In this document: piece after piece, positions 56,283 to 64,000 of the stretch
How positions within the stretch are numbered: position 1 is the first letter of the stretch
How the letters are laid out: each line of letters opens with the position of its first letter
From: Octopus vulgaris
Taxonomy: Eukaryota
Assembly: GCA_951406725.2 (NCBI GenBank)
Contig: OX597831.1
Coordinates: forward strand, 48,856,001 to 48,920,000
Direction of reading: 5' to 3'
DNA length: 64,000 nucleotides
Made by a program: the position numbers and the translations under genes
Notes under the pieces: generated by a model
Databases searched by the model: none
Told to the model about the DNA's origin: nothing
What the model saw: the letters and a program-made list of their open reading frames with translations, nothing else

Positions 56283-56730
56283 GTAATAATGATGATGATG
56301 GTAATAATAATAATAATAATAATAACAATAATAATAATAATAATAATTTCTACTAAAGGCACAAGGCCTTAAATTTGGGGGAGGGGGTATAGTCGATTAC
56401 ATTGACTGCAGTGCTCAACTGGTGCTTATTTTATCGACCCTGAAAGGATGAAAAGCAGAGTGAACCTTGGCTGAGTTTGAACTCGGAACGTAAAGGATGA
56501 GATAGAACACTCAAAACAAGTGGGGTTTATATTGATCAAAAGGAGACACTACAACATTAAAGGATATAACAAAAGATATATAAATAGAAGTTAGAGAAAT
56601 AAAGGATTAAGAAATAGAATCCCTAATAGTGGGGCAGCTCAGTTAGGTTTGTTTGCAGTAAACCCCACATAAAGTCCCAGATTACTCTGCTATCCACAAG
56701 GCATGAGATATACCATCTTCCAGTTCATCA

Positions 56731-56780
<50 letters not shown>

Positions 56781-57009
56781 AAGGTGGTGAGTTGACTGAA
56801 TCGTTAGCACCCCAGGTGAAATGTTTAGCGGTAATTCATCTGCCTTTATGTTCCGAGTTCAAATTCCACTGAAGTCGACTTTGCCTGTCATCCTTTCAGG
56901 GTCGATAAATTAAGTACCAGTTGAGTACTAGAATCGATGTGATCGACTGTCCCTCTCCCCACAAAATCCAGGCCTTGTGCTTTTAGTAGAAAGGACTATT
57001 ATTATTATT

Positions 57010-57520
57010 AGACTTTCTTCTTTCAATTTTGTTTCCATTTCTTACCAAATGTCTTCCCTACACCTAGGATAAAAGAAATCACTATATACATTGATAGACC
57101 ATTAAATAAACACACCAGATTGTTTATTTTCAAAATCAAATAAAGTTACATAGAAAAATATTATTTACATGGATGGGAATCATTTTCACATCAGCTATGC
57201 TCTCTTTGATAAATGTGACATGGTATTTAAAACAATCTTTTGCACTTTTTACAGGGATGTTAAGCCAGGAATCATTCCCAAATGATTCAGTTCCTTTTTT
57301 GATCATTCCTAGAGCTCCTACAGTCACTGGTATTGTAACTGCCTTGAAATGTCACATTTTTTTTTTTATTTCAATGAGTAAATCTTTATATTTTCTGAGC
57401 TTGTCAAATTCTTTTGCCAAAAAATTATGATCACAAGGGATACTCATGTCAATCAATAAACAGACTTTATTATTTTGGTCTTTTACAGTAATATTCAATC
57501 TATTGTTGATTTGACTCTTG
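57010..57520 (-). mobile_element. R4/Dong-like LINE 3' end
   Basis: KDQNNKVCLLIDMSIPCDHN...KYKDLLIEI...TIPVTVGALGMIKKG, adjacent to (ATT)n. Confidence 0.82.
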
Positions 57521-57589
57521 TTCGTTCTTATTCCTGATAGAATTTATGTAAGTAGCAGGTTACTAATTGTAACCTTAGTCATCCACAAT

Positions 57590-57822
57590 CTTTCAATAGT
57601 CTTTCAAGTGCTATCCCTAAAACTTACTGTAGATGTTCTACAAGACAGTCTATTCCAATCTCCTTCAACCATTTGTCTATATCGTTATTTACAGTTCCCA
57701 ATGCACCAATTATTACAAGTAAAACCTTTACAGTTTTCATACTCCAAATTGTTGCAATTTCAAATTTTAAGGAATCGTATATTTTTGTGTTTTTCCTCTT
57801 CTTTCTTTACAATCCTGGAATC
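57590..57822 (-). mobile_element. R4/Dong-like LINE 3' fragment, different subfamily
   Basis: DSRIVKKEEEK...LKFEIATIWSMKTVKVLLVIIGALGTV...KEIGIDCLVEHLQ. Confidence 0.78.
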
Positions 57823-57830
57823 ATATGTTG

Positions 57831-57897
<67 letters not shown>

Positions 57898-58020
57898 TAA
57901 TATCATTGTTATTATAGAAAGGTGGTGAGCTGCCATGACCATTAATGTTTCACGGTAAAAGGCTTAACAGCATTTCTTCCAGCTCTTTGCATTCTGAGTT
58001 CAAATTTTGCCAAGAACCAC

Positions 58021-58072
<52 letters not shown>

Positions 58073-58309
58073 GGTGGTGTGCTGGCAGAATCATTAGAAT
58101 GGTGGCAGAAATACTTAGCGGCATTTCACCCATTGCTACGTTCTGAGTTCAAATTCCACCGAGGTCGGCTTTGCCTTTCATCCTTTCAGGTTCGATAAAT
58201 TAAGTACCAGTTGAGTACTGGGGTCGATGTAATCGACTATCCCTCTCCCTCAAAATGTCAAGCCTTGTGCCTATAATAGAAAAGATTATTATTATTATAA
58301 TTATTATAT

Positions 58310-58680
58310 GAAAACTCACAGCTTATTTTGCTGGGTATGATGGAAAGTTTCATCTGTCCACAGTCAGCTGACTAAGGTGACACTTGTTTACTGGTCATGC
58401 TTCAAGAACCCTGCAAAGAATTCTTGCAGTTCCAAGCAATGCTGATTTTTGTAGGTGTTCTACCTTCACACTTGCACCAATCTTTTTCAGCAATGTTGGT
58501 AGCTGAGTGCTGATATTTCCAAATGCACCAACTACTATTGGTATCACGTCTACTTTCTTCGTTGACTGCAACCTTTGTATTTCCCACTTTAAATCTTCAT
58601 AGTAGTTTATTTTTTCTTCTTCCTTCACATCAATCCTGTTGTCACCAGGGCATCCTATGTCGATAATCATACTTTATCTT
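58310..58680 (-). mobile_element. R4/Dong-like LINE 3' end
   Basis: ORF 58395-58670: IIDIGCPGDNRIDVKEEEKINYYEDLKWEI...IPIVVGAFG...LQKSALLGTARILCRVL, flanked by (ATT)n. Confidence 0.88.
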
Positions 58681-59000
58681 TCTTCTTCATCTCCTTCTTC
58701 TTATTATTATTATTATGATGATGATCATCATCATCATCTTAAATAAAGTATCAGTCTAATATAAGGGACAATGGTATTGATTAACCCTCTCCCCTCAAAA
58801 TTACTGGCCTTCTGCCTCAGAAACAATTTTATTGTCATCATCACTATCTTTATATCATTTATTATCATTGCCACTACCACTGCCATGACCATCATCATCA
58901 TAGAAAGTTTCAGTGGTGCATTTTTTTCTTTCTGATGCTCAACATGGGTTCAATATGTCATCTATATTGCTTCAAACCAGTTGTTTTTGTCTTTCCTTAA

Positions 59001-59220
59001 CCCTTTTGTTACTGTATTTATTTTGAGATACTCTGTGCTTCTTTCAATTACTTTAAATATAACAAAGAATTTAGTAAAATAACTTAGTTATCATTAAGCT
59101 AGTGTTAGGAACATAAATTGTGACTAGGGTTTAGTGGAAGATGTTTGTTCAAAAATTTTGAAAACAAAACATTTGTACTCAGAGCCAGAGCCAGATTCAG
59201 CCGGGTTGGTAACGAAAGGG
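59001..59220. mobile_element. piggyBac-type MITE
   Basis: TTAA-CCCTTTTGTTAC ... GTAACGAAAGGG-TTAA. More degraded relatives at about 51255-51495 and 5110-5390. Confidence 0.88.
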
Positions 59221-59623
59221 TTAAATTGTTAAGCATTAACTTATTCTCCTTTTATATCCTCTTTGCTATCTAAACACACACACATATATATATTTAGCCT
59301 ATTTTCCATCATCACCCACTGGTTTTAACTTATCTATATTCAAACACTGTCTTTAACCTTTCTCTATCAACCACTTGTTCATGTTATTAATTTAGTTTCT
59401 ATCGTTACATGATAAAATATGTGGCTCTGAATTCTATCCATCTAAATTTCATTTAATATGTTGCCTGAAGTATGAAAAGTATGCTTTATTATTATTGATT
59501 TTTCAGTTTAGATTTTAAATATTTCATCTTAATTTGGTGAATAATCTCATCAATTGAAAAATGTCTTATAAATGATGAATTATGAATAAAGAATTTTGCA
59601 TATTAAAATATTGATATATATAA

Positions 59624-59681
<58 letters not shown>

Positions 59682-59958
59682 GTATCTTTACATGCATATA
59701 CACAAAGATATTCATACACACCACACATATGTGTGTGTGTTTATTTGTATGCATGCACGTAAGTATACATACATGTATATATAAAGAGGAATCATGACAA
59801 TAATTATAAGCTATAATTAGTTTTTATATTCTTTCTTGTGTTCTTTCTCTCTCTGTCTCTATCTTTGTTTCCACTTTTAAAATTCTACAAACGTTTCTAG
59901 GCTGATAGTAATTTGTTTATTTATACATACATATATACATACATGCACACACACACAG

Positions 59959-60013
<55 letters not shown>

Positions 60014-61126
60014 TATCCTGGCTCCTTTTTCGATACTTTTCTGTATTTTATAAAGAAAGAAATTTGGAACGCTTGCAAACTGCTTGAAAATTAATTTAGC
60101 TATCAGGGGAAAATACTGAGTGAAGGATTGTATGAGAACAACAACAGAGAAGGTAAAAACAAAGACTAAATATACAAAGTTGCTCATCATCACCATTGCC
60201 ATCATCAATTCTGTAAAGCCATTGGCTGTTTATCAGAGATGATACCTGACTGTGTGTTAGAATAATTCAAACACAGATAAAGTCTTATTTTCATCCTAAG
60301 CAAGATTTCACCAGTAAGGAAGATAATTTCTTTAGTGAGAACACACATCTAAAATTTGTGTTTTTTGCTAAAATTATAAGTATATATCATGTTAAAAGTA
60401 ATTAAAAATGTTTCATGAAGAAGATAGTGATAATTAGCAAATGAAACACAGTGAAGTTATTTGCTTAAAGTTGTGTAATAAATGTCTTTAAAGGATATAG
60501 ATGAAATGCTACATGGATGAGTTATTGTCAAAGAATACAGAAGGGATCTAGATACAGTAGAGGGTCGTTTGAATTCAATTAGGAGATTAATTCTAATTTA
60601 ACTATATTAGGGGATACTTGGGGATTAACAATGATGAAAGTTTTTAAGCTTGATCCGTTTTGATGATATGATGAAAATAGTGATAAAATGTTTTCATACA
60701 CCAAATGGATGCTGGTATGGCTATGTGGTGTTAGGAAGTTTACTTGGGGTTGAGAAATTTACTTCACACCCAAGCGATTCAAGGTTCAATCTTACTGTGC
60801 AGCAGTTTGAATGTTTTCGTTATAGCTCCAGATTGAACAAGGATTTGTGAATGAAATATGGTAAAAGAGAAATGGTAACTGAGCAAATGGCTTATAAAAT
60901 GGAAGACGCATGTGTGTGTGTATGTGTGTGTATGTGTGTATATGTGTGTGTGAGTGTGTGTATGTTAAGGTAGCATAACCGAGTAGTTAAGGTGTTGAGT
61001 TCATGATCATATTCATAAGTTCAATTCGTGGACCAGTCAGCATATTGTCTTTCAGCAAAGTGCACCATGAAATGCTGCAGTCTAAGAAGCTGAAGATAAG
61101 CACCAAGTGCGCTCTCTCTCTCTGTC

Positions 61127-61217
<91 letters not shown>

Positions 61218-62112
61218 ATCCTGCTGTTACATCTTCGATATTTAGTTGGGTTAAAGACGAGAAAGTTGAAAGGGTTCCTGTGTCTGCTCATAACTACATA
61301 CTTACTTAAGCCTTTTGTTCCCTATGAAACATAGACCATCAATAACTTTTTTCCACTGGTCTCATCTATGGACTGCCTTTTCTACTTCTCTCTAGTTGGA
61401 TCTCTGCCTTTCCACCCTGCTCATCACCTGCACTACCTGTACTGTTCTTCATCATTTCATACATCATCTTAATGTTCCCTGGAGGAAGGCCTTCCTCTCC
61501 CAGGTCTTGTTGGTTTTGAATCGTTAGCAATGCTTCTATAACTTAGCATTTTCCTTGATAGGAATGTTGGTCCCTATGCAAACCTCTGGAAAGAGGTGAA
61601 TCATATTAATCTGGTCTCTGTCCTTTGTCCTGTCCAGCATAGGTGTCCCTATTGGGAGCTGCACTCTGCTGGCATAGCTCTCAGGGTCACTGAGGCATGC
61701 AAGCCACTACACCACAAGGACTGAATCTTGTGGTGATCACAATGATATAGGCACTAAAAATAATTGACAAAAGCATGGTATGTGCTACCAGGTCGCACTC
61801 ACTTGCAAGTATAATAAATTCTATACATGTATATAAATTCTTTACATGTATATGTGTCAACATATATTTGTTTTCTACTATAGGCACAAAGCCTGAAATT
61901 TAGTGGGAGGGGCTTGTTGATTACATTAACATACCCAGTGCTTGACTAGAACTTATTTTATCGACCCTGAAAGAATAAAAGGCAAAGCTGACCTCAGCAG
62001 AATTTGAACTCAGAATGTAAAGGTGGACGAAATACCACTAAGCATTCTGTTCAGCATGCTAACAATTCTGCCAGCTTGCTGTCTTATTTGCGAATATATA
62101 TATATATATGTA

Positions 62113-62148
<36 letters not shown>

Positions 62149-62176
62149 TATATATATGTATGTATGTATATATAAA

Positions 62177-62266
<90 letters not shown>

Positions 62267-62463
62267 ATATATATATGTATATATAATATGTATATATGTA
62301 TATATGTATATCTCTTATGATAATATATATATATATAGATATATCACGTGATCACGTGACCGACCAGACCATCGTTGTTACACATCGCTGGTCACAATGC
62401 GTTCACATTGTTTTAGCCTTCGAATGACGTCACCTCGCTGGCTAAGCGAGCAGGCCAATATAG

Positions 62464-62509
<46 letters not shown>

Positions 62510-62530
62510 TCATAATAATAATAATGATAT

Positions 62531-62563
<33 letters not shown>

Positions 62564-64000
62564 TAATTGTTATTATTATTATTATAATTAATATATTGAT
62601 ATATATATTGATGTGGAAAATGCATGCATCAGTAAGAAGACAAATAAACCAGATTGATTTTGAAAGTCTTTTTTAAGTATTTATTCTGCCTGACTTAAAC
62701 AAACATGTTTTTTTGTTTTCTCATTTTCTCTATCAGGAAAGCAGTGAACCAAAGGTCAGCCCCAGTGTAGACCTATAATCAACATCCCTATTGTTCACAA
62801 AATACTTGATATGAAAATAATAATAAATAGATAAATGTAGACAAATGGAGTTATTTATGAGAAAACGAAGCAGCTAAAAAGAAATCCAACATAAATCAAG
62901 TGACTATTTATTCATTTATTTATAATGAAAAATGTTACTTTTTAAACAGCTATTGCTCATAGTCTTTTCTCAATATAGCAGCTGCATTCTCTTAATTGCT
63001 TCATTAAGATTCTGAAATATAATCAGGGAATGGGGAATTTCAATGTTTTGCCAAATGTATAATGTGAATCTAAAAGAAAAAAAATAACATAAGTGTTTAG
63101 GATTAGAAACACGAGGTTTTATTGCTTAACAGGGCAAATTACACAGGTGATTTACTACATGGATAATACAGAGATTTAATAAGATTATGTAAGGAAATGT
63201 GGAAGATTGGATAAAAGAAGAACTTACATCAAGAGAAGATGTCTAATACACACCATCAGTGATATATAGAACACTGACAATTACTAATGCAAATTTTAGT
63301 TGAATATTTCTCCCTTCTATTTATTTTTAATCTGTCTATTCCTGAACATTGACAGAAGATTATGTAAATAGAAAATTGTCTTATAATGACTGAGTTAATA
63401 ATAACTTCTTTTTCTTGCCTGGAAATGGAAAAGAAGCAATTAGAAATTTCATAAAAGTTATAAACTAAGCGTTTAAATAATTAAATTACAGGCTGTGATT
63501 GGCTGTTGGTCACGATTTAGAGTTTTTTTATTCCATTTACTGTAGTAATCTATAGTAATCTCCCTTGCAAGCAATGCATGCCTTTAACAGCTTTATGGTT
63601 TTGCGTAGAGATTTTTATTTACTTTTCCTTTTTAGCATACTAAATCGTGTGTGATTGTGTATGTGTTTTACATAGTCAGACAGGCAATAAATCATTTTAA
63701 AGTTTATTTGAAATGTCTTAAAATATTATTAGGTAAATCTCTTTCCCAAATAAGAGATGTTAGTGCAGAAGGAACGAAAAAAATCATAAAAAAGCTAAAG
63801 GAGATCCTCATAATAAACTGTTCTCTTTCAGGTTAGGGGCTTACATGACTGTTTGTACATAAAGTAATACATATATAAACAAGTCAATATTAAATGGCAG
63901 GATCACTTAATACTTTTGAGTAGAGTACACATTAAATTTTATGAGGGAAAAGTTGAAAGTGATTTTGCAGATAGAACGTCAAAGCCATTGGCAACATTTT

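Noticed and set aside
56045-56372. Poly-N/D protein
   Set aside because: A pure (AAT/GAT)n array next to a SINE tail, with no flanking coding motif, unlike 20805-21255.
56780-58290. Family B SINEs mobilised by the neighbouring Dong LINEs
   Set aside because: The SINE sense strand ends in (TTA)n whereas the Dong sense strand is flanked by (TAA)n, and I see no shared 3' tail.

Overview
AT-rich, microsatellite-saturated eukaryotic DNA. The repeat repertoire strongly resembles an Octopus (coleoid cephalopod) genome; this is inferred, not searched. One host gene is supported: the last three coding exons (+ strand; 17703-17813, 26782-27043, 31287-31621) of a YjeF_N-family NAD(P)HX epimerase-like protein (NAXE/APOA1BP/YJEFN3 family). 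Its NADHX-binding motifs are altered and it carries a microsatellite-derived Thr/Ser tail. I did not find its 5' exons, which probably lie upstream of the window. The rest is intron or intergenic DNA containing decayed Tc1/mariner, hAT and piggyBac-type DNA elements, R4/Dong and RTE LINE 3' ends, three tRNA-derived SINE families and Penelope-like element (PLE) remnants. The most notable hidden layer is a set of type I hammerhead-ribozyme motifs, some near-canonical and some with family-specific non-canonical cores, linked to PLE GIY-YIG fragments and long foldback palindromes embedded in (TA)n. Nearly all ORFs in the supplied track are microsatellite translations.
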